Position numbers and translations under genes: made by a program. The notes beneath the pieces were generated by a model. The model saw only the letters and a list, made by a program, of their open reading frames with translations, was not told where the DNA came from and made no database searches. Shown one piece after another: positions 1 through 12,884 of a DNA stretch of 64,000 bases (position 1 is its first letter; each line of letters opens with the position of its first letter). The DNA comes from the human T2T-CHM13v2.0 reference genome, Homo sapiens, in assembly GCF_009914755.1 (NCBI RefSeq), contig NC_060946.1. One strand, written 5' to 3'.

Positions 1-209
1 TTTTACCTTTGATTACCCCTATATCTTTGTTCAGGTGCATCTCTCATCAATATAAAATCTTATGGGAAACCTCCTAGTTGGCCTTCAAAATGCAGCTCTC
101 ATGTTTATTCCTCTGTGAAACTTTTACTAATCATCACCCTCCTCTCCTGAGGTTTAGCTTCCTGCCTCACCTCTGTGTATCAACCACACCACTCTCTATG
201 TTCATATCA

Positions 210-725
210 TGCATTAGTCAGGGTCCCAATTGAGAACAAATGCCACACTCAAACTAGACACCATAAGGAGACTTTAATTAAGAGACTGTTTACAATGGAG
301 TGTGCATTACAATGGGCAGGGTTAAAGGAAACTGACAAAGCATAGTACAGCACCTGGGACCAGCAATACTGGAGAGCTGTTACTACCTCTAGTCCTGAAG
401 CTGCAAAGGGAGGAAGAGCAATTATAACATTCACAGAGGCTAGAAGTATAGACAAGATTCCCTGGCAGGAGCCTTGAAAAAGGGACACACCCACACTGTA
501 GTGACCTGTCAAGGAGGGAGCCAAGAGAATAAAATCTCAACCTCACTTCTCTCTGACTCTCCAGTATCTTGCTGCTGCCTTTCATTGGCTGGAAACAACA
601 GGCAGCAAAAAGACAAGGAAGTCTGCTGACATGGTCCATATGGATCAGGGTCTGGAGGCCAGAGCAGGGTGGAAAAGGGTAAAAAGGCAAACAAAAGAAG
701 CCCAATATCCACCATTCTCTGCATA
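210..725 (-). mobile_element. Old ERVL-class LTR (LTR33-like), solo
   Basis: Begins TGCATTAGTCAGGGTCCC...GCCACACTCAAA and contains GAGCTGTTACTACCTCTAG, resembling the reverse strand of LTR33-type consensus; subfamily from memory. Confidence 0.5.
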
Positions 726-1104
726 GGTCTCTGTTATGGCACTTGCTGTTTAGTGCCAGGTCCCCTAGAGGCTGGGAAATGCTGGTGAACAGAGAATTAG
801 TTTGTTTATATCTGCACCCTCAAAATCTGGCATATAGTATGTGATCGATAAATGGTTATAAGAATTACCAGGTACATCATACAGCACCTGGTAAAATAGA
901 AAGATTAGGGATTCTTTTTAGATTATCCACAGGCATGAAGCAATCATGAACTTCTTCCTTTCATGCAATATTTTATCAGCACCACTGTGTGAGGTATTAT
1001 TCCTGCCATCCAGGAGCTCTTTATCTCAAACTAGAAACTCCTAGAGCAAGGAAAGCAGTTATGCATCCTCTATTTCACATTTCCCCAGTGTGGATACTGT
1101 AGGT

Positions 1105-1348
1105 CACTGGTTTGATGTGATGCTCAGAGATGTCACATCAGAGTCCATTGTCAAGTGTAAAGTCTGTAGATTAAGCAAATGTCTTCTCTACAGAACTTGT
1201 CAGAGCCTTTAATGTGCCAAAGCATCATACGAAGCACCTAAAGGGGGCCACAGTAAGCAGCCTTTCCTAAATTTATTTTGTCATAAAATTATTTCCCCCC
1301 GAGCATCTTGTAAATCAGTAAGTTGGAATATGCTTTGGAAAATACTGC
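1105..1348. mobile_element. hAT-Charlie non-autonomous DNA transposon relic (MER103-like)
   Basis: CAGAGCCTTTAAT motif, CAGCCTTTCCTAAATTTATTT and terminal TTTGGAAAATACTG; a related copy lies at about 15.8-16.07 kb. Confidence 0.5.
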
Positions 1349-1939
1349 CCTTCTTTAACCAGTTCATTTTACAGATGAGAAAACTAAAGCTCCAAAGTAG
1401 TTATCACCAATCAATCTGGCAGGGAGCACAATTTGCATACAGAACCAAATGTCGAAGTTGCTTTCATTGAGTAGCCACTCATTGCCTTTGATTCTTTCTC
1501 CAAACTATTATCAATTCTTTCTCAATGGATACCTCTCCCAAACCTTGACTAGGAATGAACAGGAAGTAGCCAATGGCTCTTTTCCTGCTAAACCCTCATG
1601 GGCCCCTGTGTGACAGGTGTGACCCATTGTGAGATGTTGTCACCATGATGACACAGAAGCTTGTTGGGTCATATATGGAGAGAAGATGACACTGAGTGTG
1701 GGTGGGATGATGGTAGTTGAGTACTGCTCTCCTCTGTGGTGACAATTCACTTCGTCTCCTGAAAAAGTCCCATGCCATCAGCACTGGGCAGGGAAATTCC
1801 ACTCTCAACAGGGTAGCCAGAATGATTGTTTGAAACAAGAAGTCTGATGATAGCTCTCCAATGCTGAAAACTCTAGCAACTCCTTGTTGCCCCAGGACAA
1901 AGTTCTGGTTTATTATTTCCTAGTATAAATTTTACCTTT

Positions 1940-2220
1940 GATTTTTCTTTGAGATGGGGTCTCCCTCTGTTGCCCAGGCTGGAGCGCAGTGGCACAATCT
2001 CGGCTCCCTGCAGCCTTGACCTCCCCAGGCTCAAGTGATCCTCCCACCTCAGCTTCCTGAGTAACTGGAACTACAGGCATGCGCCACCATGCCCAGCTAA
2101 TTTTTTGTATTCTTTGTAGAGACAGCATTGCACCATATTGCCCAGACTGGTCTCAAACTCCTGGGCTCAAACAGTCCATCCACTTTGGCTTCCCAAAGTG
2201 CTAGGATTGCAGGCATGAGC
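1940..2220 (-). mobile_element. AluJ, slightly 5'-truncated
   Basis: Dimeric Alu sequence with perfect 15-bp TSD ATAAATTTTACCTTT at 1925-1939 and 2221-2235; splits an L2 fragment. Confidence 0.95.
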
Positions 2221-2437
2221 ATAAATTTTACCTTTCTCTTTGGCCTCATCTGGTGCCACCAACTGCTTCTTTGACCCTCTCCACCCACCCTACACACTAC
2301 CTTCTAGGCAATATACACAGCATCCAGCTCCTCAGACTCACCACCCTGTAGATCATGTGCAGACCTTTGCATGAACTGTTCTCTCCAGCTAGCGCTCCCT
2401 CTTGCCATTCTATTTGTCTGACCAGCCTCCATACTAA

Positions 2438-2680
2438 GAGGCAGTGTGGTGGCTGATTAGTCCATGGGCTCTGAAGCCTAAGAGTCTAAGTTCAAACTCC
2501 AACTTTGCCACTTCTTAGCTGTGCAGCCTTGGGCAAATGACTTAACCTGTGTGGGCCTCAGTTTCCTCATCTCTAAGATGAGGATAATGATAATACTACC
2601 TGCCTCAAAAAATGTTTTAAAAAGTTAAATGAGATAATTCTTTACCCATCATATAGTAAGTGCTCACAAAAATGATAATT
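2438..2680 (+). mobile_element. MIR, near full length
   Basis: MIR core CCTCAGTTTCCTCATCTCTAAGATGAGGATAAT, 5' GGCAGTGTGG and 3' ATAGTAAGTGCTCA. Confidence 0.9.
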
Positions 2681-2749
2681 TTAATTCTATTTCTTTATGG
2701 TTTAGTTTAGATACCCAGCCTCTGGGAAAGCTTCTCTGACTCCTCTTAA

Positions 2750-2851
2750 AATATACATACATGCACATGCAAGCACATACATGAACACATATGCACACAC
2801 ACCTGCACTTACACATACATGCATTCACACATGCACACACACACACACACA
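2750..2851. repeat. Degenerate (CA)n/(CATG) simple repeat
   Basis: Direct reading. Confidence 0.9.
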
Positions 2852-4014
2852 GCCCTCCCCACATCTCCCCCAAGGCATCTGTGCTTCCTCCAACCCTGCT
2901 GCCAATATTATTCTAACTTACTTTTCTATATCTCTGCTTCCTCAGACATCAGCTCTAGGCACGTAGGAACTACATTGCATCTCCAGCACCCAGATCAGTA
3001 CTGGACTCACAGTAGGGGCATTTGACCCATCCTGGACAATTCTTCTTACTTACTTTTGTGTTAGGACAGAAAAAGCCAGTGTCAGAGTAGACAACTGAGT
3101 CCCAGCCTCAGGAAAAGGAAAGGATGTGCGCAAAGTCACATAGCTGGTTCACGGCAAAGCCGCAATTGAGCCAAAACTCTCAAGTGTCGTTTGGTATATC
3201 CTCAGTTCCTGCTGAGGCTATACAAAGAGACCCCAGTTTCCAGTACTGCTGATGCCTCGAGATTTGCATGCTCTGTCTAATTTGTGAAGGAGGTAAAGAA
3301 GAGCCTACTTCGCTTTTTTTTTTTTCTCAATTCCCTAAGCAGGCATCCTATTTCTCGAAAGAAAATGGATTCTAGTTACTTTTCAGTATAGCACCAATGG
3401 TCTTCTTGTTGAATTACAGCCACTGATGACTTCCTTTAAAGAGCGAGTACCCAGTTCAGGAAAATGTATTACTCAGGTAAAATGACTCCCTGGGGTGATG
3501 AGGGTGTGATTCAGGAGAGCCCTCCCACTTAGATGTCCTCAAATGAAATGCGGAGTGCATGTCTCTGTTTCAGCTTTGAACTGTGTCTTTCAGGCATCCT
3601 GGGTTTGAACTGGGTCGCCAACATCCTCCCTGGGAGCAGCTGCAGGGGTTTCTGAAAGGATGACCTCTTTTTAGCACAGAGATTATTCCAGGTGCTTAGA
3701 AACAGTGGGATGAGTTCAGAAATCAGTTCTTGCTACTTCTTTACCTAGGGAAACCAAGGCTGGGAGATGGAAAGCAATTGGTATGGGGTTGCTAAGCAGA
3801 ACAACAACAGAGCCAACTGTCATCTGCCCACCTTTCCACAGCACCTGGAGACTGTCATGGCTATTTCTGTATATCCACTGGTAGACAAAGCAGTTAGATT
3901 GCAATAGATTTGGGATAATCACACAAAAAATGACAGAGCGCTCACTTAGTGGTTAAGCTCCTTCATGACACCCTTCATGGCTCACAACACAAAAATTAGA
4001 ATACAGAAGATAAA

Positions 4015-4260
4015 TATGTTAGCTAAGGTTTCTTGACCACTGACTAGATACCAAGAGCTCTCCTAAATGTTTTATATTCATGTCCTCATTTACTACTCCC
4101 AATGGCCCATTGAGGTGGCCAGCACCCTTTTACAGATGGGGAAACTGGGGATGGCAGAGGTTACAAGATTTGCCCAAGGTCACATTGCTGAGATGTGACA
4201 GAGTCAAGACATAACCCTGCTTTTCTAATGCAGAGCTTGTGCTCTACACTATTTGGTTAT
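4015..4260 (-). mobile_element. MIR
   Basis: TTTTACAGATGGGGAAACTG...TTGCCCAAGGTCACA. Confidence 0.85.
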
Positions 4261-4507
4261 CCTGTCCCTTGTTCCACAAATATTTAGCGAGGACCAGTCT
4301 GTACAAGAAGCTGTTTTGGGTGCTAAAAAGTCAAGGATGAATGAGATACAGACCCCACCTTCAAGAAGCACATTGTCATTTGGGAAAGAAATACATATAA
4401 ACAGATAATTGCTAAGTTATCTGTGATCAGAGCTAAACAAGGGAACTATACACTTTTGGGTTTACTTTTTCAAAGTGCTTATATCATTCAATCTATGATT
4501 ACATGTG

Positions 4508-4519
4508 GACACACACATA

Positions 4520-4558
<39 letters not shown>
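4508..4558. repeat. (CA)n microsatellite
   Basis: Direct reading. Confidence 0.97.
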
Positions 4559-4560
<2 letters not shown>

Positions 4561-5782
4561 CACCAAAGAAACCAAGGTAGGTATTATCTGCATTTGACAG
4601 ATACAGATGCTGAAGCCCAGAAAAGATAGAGAACTGGCTCAGGTAACAGACAAAATTGGTATCATGCCCAAGTCTCCAGCTTCTAGCTTGGGTTCTTTCT
4701 CCACCAGACCACCAGGAGCATCCAAACAGCCTCCTGGTGGCCAGAACCAGTCCAAATGCTGAACATTAATAAGAGATGCTACAGAGAGAGACTGCTCCAT
4801 TTATATTGTTCATCTGTGAATCCTCCTTAGTTTCACTGAGAAGGACATCAAAGAAGAGAATTCTGGATTCAGTAGAGGTTGAGTTAAGTCATTGGAAGAC
4901 CTTGTTGGGGTCCTTTGATCTTAGTCTAAGACATTTAGAACAAGGGCTTGTTTGGGCTTATTTGAAGGGATTCACTCTTCTTGGTCTTCATGTTTTGGCC
5001 CTGAAATCCATCAGATGGAATTTTTGGATTTGTAATCTTAATGGTCTAACCCATGAGTTTGCCAACATGTTTTGTAATTTTCACCCTTTCCTTCATATCT
5101 TCCTCCCAGCCCCATCCTCCCTCAAGCATATGCCTGTTTCCTGAATAATGAAGGATACCTTATACTCTGCAGCTTTAATCTTACCGCTATTTCTTGAGAA
5201 AATGAGTTTTGGCCTTTATTAACTGCTCAGTAACTGGGCACATATTTCCCACTGTGATCAGAACAAAAAACTAGCCTTGAAGATAAACAAGAAGAGTGTA
5301 GACTGGGGGGATGTCTTGCGGAATTATAAAGTGAGTAAGGAGGCATTCAGACTCCCCCTGAAGATGCTATTTAATTTGTGGTAAGGCTGATAGTGGTTAT
5401 GCTAGAATGAACATTAGGGGAATGTTGCTCTGTGACTTAAGTGCTTAACTCTTTAAGAATGCCCATCACTGTCCAAGGTACTGACCGAGATATTGCAGAG
5501 TTCAAATTGTTGATAATTTCCAAGGCCTTTCACATTCCAGGTAGGGCATAGAACAATGTCCTGGCCTGAGAGTGGGTGTAAGTGTTCATGGCTGAAAACG
5601 CAGAAGAAGATATGAATTGAGATTGCAAGCCTGTTATTGATTCCGGTGACATTGGGCAACTCTCTCAACCTCTCAAAACTCTGTTCTGTCTATGAAGGAA
5701 AATGTGCTACCCACTCCACAGGGATAGTCAAAAGATGCAATATCATTAAATATATTTCAAAGCCTGGTTTTGTGCCCTAAAA

Positions 5783-5831
5783 ATGTGATGATGATGATGA
5801 TGATGATGATGATTATGACGACGATGATGAC
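5783..5831. repeat. (GAT)n trinucleotide repeat between two oppositely oriented MIR relics
   Basis: Direct reading. Confidence 0.9.
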
Positions 5832-7019
5832 AGCATAAAACTTTCAATAATATTGAGGGTTGTGTGCCTGCCAAAGTTCTAATGGCTTCACAAGTATGAA
5901 TTCACTTAGTTGTCATAAAATTTCTTTATATTATTTGGAGATATTATTATGCTCATTTTATAGATAAGGTACCCACAACACAGAGAGATTAAATCATTTT
6001 CCCAGACTCACCCAGTTAATGGAGTACATCCCAAACACATTGTGTATAGTTATTATCGTGAAAAAAATAAAAGATCATAAACACATATTTTGAATTCCCG
6101 CCTGGAGCCTCAGCACTGCCCAGAATGGGATCCTAGACTTTCATTCTCTCCAAAGGGGAGCTCCATGACTATTTCCCAAGACTAATCTCCATGTCAGACA
6201 TGAGATTGTTCTGAAACAGTTGCCCTATCCTGTCACCTTCACAACTTGAAACCCTCAATGACAATCATCCTCATAAGACCATGTTCAAACACCTTAGCCT
6301 GGCATCCAGGACTACTCAACATAGGACTTTTCTCTTTAGATGCTTCCTTCTCTCCTCAGTTGACATTCAAGGCACCCCAAATTTCTCCCCACTCTCTGAA
6401 CATGCCATGACTTTCCTACTGCACGGTCTTGATGTTGTTTCCTCATCAGGAATGCCCTCCCTTGCCTAACAGTATAACTCCTATTCAGCCTCAGGAAGTC
6501 TTCTTTGATTTTTTGCTTCCTCCCTTGTGCTTCTAGATCCTAACACTTTAACTAGTGTTAGGAATGTCTGTCCTTTTTCCCTCAGAATTTCCCACTCAGA
6601 GAAATTCTAAGGCCAGGCATACCTTATTTATCTCTCTATCCAGAAAACTTAACTCAGGGATTGTCATTTACATGTATGTATGTTTACAAACATATGTACA
6701 TTTGTTTATATGAAAGGATGAATGTGGCTCTTCCCAGAAGGAAAAGAAGGGAGGTGTTAGAGACTTTTCTTTATGAAAAAGATTAAAAATAGCACCATAG
6801 TTTCAGATTTAAAAGGCTGTGCTTAGCAGTTGATATCTCAGCACAGAACAACAGAAAGCTCTAGAGCTTGAAAGCTGGTAGTTTCAAGTTGAACGTCTTT
6901 CTCTGCATATGCCAGCTGTGACCTGGGAAAGCCTCTTCCCATCTCTCAGCCTCAGTTTCCTGGTCCGTAAAACCAAGACGATCATATTCTACTTGGTGGG
7001 ATCTCTGCAGAGAGCAAAT

Positions 7020-7840
7020 GGGAAATTGGAATCAACTCATGTTTCTAACAATAGAAGAATGGATATAATGGAATATTATGCAGCTGTAAAAAATGAACAA
7101 ACTACAGGCACACACATCAGAGGAGAATGGGTATAATGGAACATTATGCAGCTGTAAAAAGTGAATAAACTACAGCTACACACATTAATGGGGATGAATC
7201 TCAGAAACTTAATATTCATTCAAAGAGATAAATCCCATAAAAATCCAAAATATATAAGTCCATGTATATAAAGTTCAAGAACAATCAAAACTAATGCTAT
7301 ATTGAGAGACAGGAGAGCATAGCCATTATGGACTCTGGGGCCAAAAGTGGGTTCATGACTGAGTATTCCCTTTTTCTAGCTCAGTGACCCTAATGAGTTA
7401 CCTAACCTCTCTGTACCTCAGTTTCTTCATTTAAAGAATGTCGAAGATAGCAGTGGTTCCTACCTCAAAGAGTTGTTGTGAGGATTAAATGAATTAATAT
7501 ATGTAAAATACTTAAAAGAGTACCTGGCACAGAACAAACACTATGTAAATGTTAGCCCTTATTATTATTTTTGACTAGTTGTTGTTATTACCTTTGTGAT
7601 TACTATCATGATTTAGGAACATATACAAGATGGTTAAACTGTATGAAAAACAAGGGAATGATTAAAACAAAATTCAGGGTAGTGATATGTTTTAGAAGCT
7701 TCTAAATTATTAATAATGTTCTGTTTCATGAGCCAAATAGTGGGTGCACAGATATTTATGTTACTATTATTCCTTAACTGTATATATAGATTTTCACTAC
7801 TTTTTTAGGTATGATATATTTCCCAGTAAAATTTCCTAAA
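7020..7840 (+). mobile_element. L1ME-type 3' fragment interrupted by a MIR (about 7315-7570)
   Basis: AATGGAATATTATGCAGCTGTAAAAAATGAA and ATGAATCTCAGAAAC are old L1 3' motifs; MIR core CCTCAGTTTCTTCATTTAAAGAATG inside. Confidence 0.75.
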
Positions 7841-8374
7841 GATTAAATGAAATTAATTATTGAAAAGGACCAACATCATTCTTTCCCCCCCTCCTGGCTA
7901 GAATCTCCCCTTTTCTGCAGGCCTTTGGATGATGTATTTTCCTTCACAAAAAGAGCCTCAACCTTCTGGAGGGGAACTGATCTGTTCAGCAGGCTCCCCC
8001 ATTCATCATCCCCCAAGAAGCGTGTTTTACATTCATCTGCAGATGAAGATAAAAGGGTGGTGTGTTGCCCTCTTTAAGATTGCTAGCAGGATAAGCGTGA
8101 AGAGGAAGGCTTTCATATTTTACCCTAGGCTTTCCAGCAGTTGCCTTCCCCAGAATTGAAGAAGCTTGGCTTGCTTCTCAAGTGCTTGTTGAGAAGCAAA
8201 ATGCCCAGGGAAGAATAGAAGATTCTGAACTCCAGAACTGCAGCATCTCTAGGCTAGATTTTATCACCGATGACATCGCATTTTACTGGAGCAGCTTGAT
8301 GTTCTAGAGATTTGCCCAGCATGCTTGGTGGCTGTTATTTCACTATGGCTTTTGAGCTCAAAGGCTTTAGAAAA

Positions 8375-8740
8375 ATAATAATGGTAAGAATTTATTAAGC
8401 ATTTTCTATGTACCAGACTCTGGGCCAAGCATTTTTTATGCATGGTTTTCTGTAATTCTCAAACAGCCTTATAAAGCACTCACAGTTATCTCCATTTTAT
8501 TGCTATACAAACAAAAGGACAGACAGGTGAAGATATTTACCCAAGGTCACACAATGAGTGGGAGACAGAGCCAGGATTTGAATAAAAATTCTTCTTTACA
8601 CTCATAATTTCATTTGAATCATCCAGCATTCTGGCAGAGGGGAACTATTCCCATCCATATTTAACAAATGAGTAAACTGAGTCCCCATGAGATGAAGTCA
8701 CTGGCTAAGGAGACACAGCTAGGAGGTGCTAGGACTCCAT
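8375..8740 (-). mobile_element. Two tandem MIR fragments
   Basis: CCCAAGGTCACACA...GAGCCAGGATTTGAA and AAATGAGTAAACTGAG...CACAGCTAG. Confidence 0.75.
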
Positions 8741-9389
8741 GTGAGTCCCATCTGAAAGGCTGGAACACTCCTCACCTTGCCTTCCTTTTCCATTAGCAAG
8801 AAAGAATTTCCTATGAACACACACTCAAATCACACTACACTCAAAACAGTGCATGAGGAAAGATCATTACCTTGCATGTAGAGTTTGGGCAGAATTGCCT
8901 TGAAAGTCCCAGACCAGAAGAAGAATGGCATCAGCACCAGAGTGGGCAGAGAAGACATTAGAGGATGTGAAGTGGGGTCTGCAAAGGCCATGAGCAGGCA
9001 CAGGACACTGGTCCAGAAGTGAGAAAATACACAAGAATTTCTGGGGAAAAAAATCATTTGGCAGGGACATGGCTAAGAGGTAGAGGTAATAGAGTAGAAG
9101 AAGTAAGCACAGGTCATGAGGGGCTATTTGCAAAATGTCCTTGAGTAGATATGATTCCTTAGTATCCAAATGCTGGGTACTGTAAGGCTGTAGTGGGTCC
9201 CATTTGCCCTCCACTCCCATCTTCCCATCCATCCATCCATCCATCTGTTTATTCATCTATCCACTCAGAATGTGAGCTCCTTATGAACAGAAACCTTACT
9301 CATTGTGGTTGCCACTGTATCCCTAGTAACTGGAAGAGAGCCCAGCACAAGATAGGCATTGAAGAACTAATTGTCAGATGAATAAATTA

Positions 9390-11720
9390 ACTCTTCTATT
9401 GAGCAAATATGTGCTAAGTACCCACCAGCCATCTCAAGAGGAGAGCATGGTGCATCTTTTTGGGGCTTGTATTCCAGTGGGAAGAGACAGATGACAAAGA
9501 TAATAGATTGATAAATATACATCATGTCATATAATTGACACAAAAGTGGGACTTTGTGTAGTTTTCTCTAAAAGAAAATCCTGAGTGGAAGGTTCAAGGG
9601 GAGGTCATTTATTTAGGAGGTTATCCAAGAAAGCATCATTAGGGAGTGGGAAATTGAGACAAGAAAGAGAAGAAAGCCAGTCAAGGACATGATATTGAGT
9701 GGGTTTTCCTGTGGGCAGCTGAAATTCAATTCTGCTGGAGACCCTTGCAGAGACTTCAAAAAACATACTTTATATTTTCCCACCAACTGGGCATGGGAGC
9801 TGGAATAATTTCCACGAGCTCTTGCCTCTCCTGGCAGGATATATATGTATGTAGGGGCATGGGTATATTTTACATGATGTGTTCAGAAAAAAGTCTCTCT
9901 GATAAGGTAAGACTTAAGAAGAGATAACAGAAAGTGAGAGTAAGCTGTGCAAATATTCAGGGGAAGCACATTCTAGGAGGTGGGAAGTGCAAGCACAAAG
10001 GCCCCGGGGCAGGACTGTGGCTGGTATGTTCAAAGAATTGTAAAGAGACCAGGTGCTGGTTGAAATGAGCAAGGAAGATAGAGATAGTGGAGGATAGATC
10101 ATGCAGGGTCTTTGCAGCTCATGGTAAGAATTACAGCTCTGTCTCCAAGTCAGATGGGAAATTATTGGAGAAATTCGAGTGGAGAAGTGACATAAAATGT
10201 TTCATTTTTGAATGATCCTGTTGGCTGCTATGTGGAGAACGAATGCTAGGGACAGAGATGGAGGCAGGAAGAACCAAGGGGAAGCCACTACAATAATCCA
10301 GATTTGACATGATGGCAGTTTAGACCAGAATAATAACAATGAAAGTTTTAGCAAGTCATCAGAGTCTGGCTGATTTGAGAAGTCTGGATTTCCTGATGGA
10401 GTATATGTACAGAGTGAGAAAAAGGAAGCAGCGAAATGAACTCCAAGTAGCTGGAAGGATAGGGTTGTCATTCATGAGACATGGGAGGTGCAGGTGTGCA
10501 GGGGGCTGGACACCTTAGGCTGGATGCCTAGTAGACATCTCCAGGTGGAAGATGATGAGCAGGACTATATAGGTTGGAGCTCGAGGGAGAGACTGAGGCT
10601 GGAGATATACATATTTTATATGGGAGTTTTTGGGGTAGAGCTTGTAGTTAGTGCTAGGAGACTGGATGAGACCCAGTCTGCATGAATGAGTGTACACAGG
10701 GAAGAGTCCAGAGTCCTGAGATTCTGTGTAGAGTGTGTAGAATTCAGCCAATGAGGGGGAGCCAGGGAAGGAGATGGGAAGGGAACAGCCACATAGGGAG
10801 GAGGGAAGCCAGTAGCATGCTTATGCTAAGTGGCTTCACTTGAAGCCAAGTGAAGAAAACATTTCTAGATGAAGCAAACAATCAGTTGTAACAAATACTG
10901 TTGATTTAGGTAAGATGAGCCTAAGAATGGCCCACTGGATGTGGAAAAATGAAGATTATCAGTGATCCCGACAGCACAGGTCTCAGGGCACCCTGACTGG
11001 AGTGAATGCAAGGGAGAATGGAAAAGGAAGAATTGGAGAACTCTGGATGACTCTTGAGTAACTTTTTTTCTGAAGGCAACAGATGGTGGCTGGAGTGGGA
11101 TGTGGGTCAAAGTTCTTTGTTGTTTTTACTTGTTTTGCTTTAAGAAGGGAACGTTATGGTAAGTTTATTTGCTGATGGGAATAATCCAGTAAAAAGAGAA
11201 ACACTTATGATTTGGGAGAGAAAGGGATTGATCACTGGAGTGATGTGGCTTGATGGGGTGTGGGAAGAGGAACCCAGAACTCCCATGGATGAGCTGTCAG
11301 CATCGACAGGCATTCATGGGACAGGGAGAGGACAGGTACATGAGCTCATCTGGGGAAGGTTGGCAGGGTGAGTGTGGCAGAAGTGTGGCATGGGGCAAAT
11401 AACCCCTTCCTGTTTTCTTAGGGGAAAGGAAGCAGGGACATTAACCAAGACTGAGGAGGAAGAGTTGGAGAGTTGAATGGAGGGTCGTGAAAGTTGTCTT
11501 GCAGCTGGGATCATGGACTTGCAATAGGTTCTGAGCATACATTTAAAGGATACCAGCTGACCTGGGTGTTTTTTGTCTTCCAGCCATTTGTATCTGTAGA
11601 GACACAGGTGTGGAAAAGATCAGCACTTGGATTCAATCTGGGTTGAAGTTTTGCCAGGTGAGTGTAAAGGAGGAAGAAGAACAAGAATATTAAGATTGAA
11701 AGCAAAGAAGTGAATACGAT
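9390..11720 (-). mobile_element. Long L2 (LINE-2) fragment, interrupted by an LTR
   Basis: Purine-rich L2 antisense motifs: CAAAGGCCCCGGGGCAGGA, TGGCTGCTATGTGGAGAA, TAGACATCTCCAGGTGGAAGATG, GAAGCCAAGTGAAGAAAAC. Confidence 0.85.
9555..9835 (-). mobile_element. LTR16-like ERVL LTR fragment inside L2
   Basis: TTTATTTAGGAGGTTATCCAAGAAAGCA...CCTGTGGGCAGCTG resembles LTR16. Confidence 0.55.
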
Positions 11721-11776
11721 AATGGGCATCTACCTGCCTTTCCCCACCTTTCTTTCTTTGTCTCTACAGCTCACTT

Positions 11777-11778
<2 letters not shown>

Positions 11779-11811
<33 letters not shown>
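11779..11811. repeat. (CA)n microsatellite
   Basis: Direct reading. Confidence 0.97.
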
Positions 11812-11814
<3 letters not shown>

Positions 11815-12884
11815 AGAGGGGACATGGAGAGAGGTATTTGTAACTTTTAGAAATATGACAGAGCTATCAGCTATGTGACAGCTCCATAATTGTGAAGTAG
11901 GCTGCATACATTTTGATCCGAACGTGACTGTTGCAATTGTTCTGCATCGGTGTATCATATTTTTTTCCCATCAAGCCAAAGAACAAAAACAAAGAAAAAC
12001 TGTGTCTGAGAAGGAGGAAGTCAGGAGCGACAACTACAAAACTAGAAGTGTGTGGCTGAGATGCTTCTCTTCATTCCCCCAGCTCCATGTGCCTTTAAAA
12101 CAAAGTACCAGGTTCTCAAGGGATCATGAATGATTCTTTTTTCCTCTCATCCAAATGCCCGTGAGTTCCTCCCCTTACCCTTCAGAGGCATAAATCTCAG
12201 TGGGGCCAATTTGGGACAAGCCAATTCTCATCAGTGTTTAATTCAGGTACAAGAAAATTGCTGGACTGCAGGCAGAGGGCAGGAAGCTAAATTCAACTGG
12301 GAGGTGGACAATGGCCATTGATACTAGTGGGAATGTTAAATCTTATTGGGAAAGTCTCTTAATTATGTGATTCAGCTCTTAGATAAAGGATTATTTTTAA
12401 GCACAAATAGCTTTTTCTGTAATAGCTGTTCCTTTTCTCAGGCAGAGAGCCAGAGGACAAGAGATGTCCCAGTGACCCATCTGACTCGAAACTCTGTGTG
12501 TTCAGCAAGGCATAGCACAACTGCCCAAAGCAAGGGACCAGGGGTGGGGGTGAAGGGTTGGGTGTGGGGAGAGAGTTGCTGCTCTGGAGCCCAACCTCTA
12601 TCTGTTGTAAATGGCTGAACAGACACTTGCAGAAGGAGAGATTTTGAGGGTCACTTGGAAAACCTGTATGGATTGTTTAATAATGTCTGCCATAAGAACA
12701 GAGGTGGAGAGCAGTGGTACACATACCAAGTATCAGCCATTTGTAATCCATAGAAATCTACTGTAGGAATTGATTAGCAATGTCTGCCATGAGCATAGAA
12801 GTGGAGAGTGGCAGTACATATGCTGTATATCTGCCATTTGTGAACCAAGGATGTTTTTGTGGAAAGCATATCAGTCCAGCTAGA

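Noticed and set aside
9330-9425. Tail-to-tail L2 junction like those that produced miR-28/miR-151
   Set aside because: Arms too diverged to form a convincing stem by eye.
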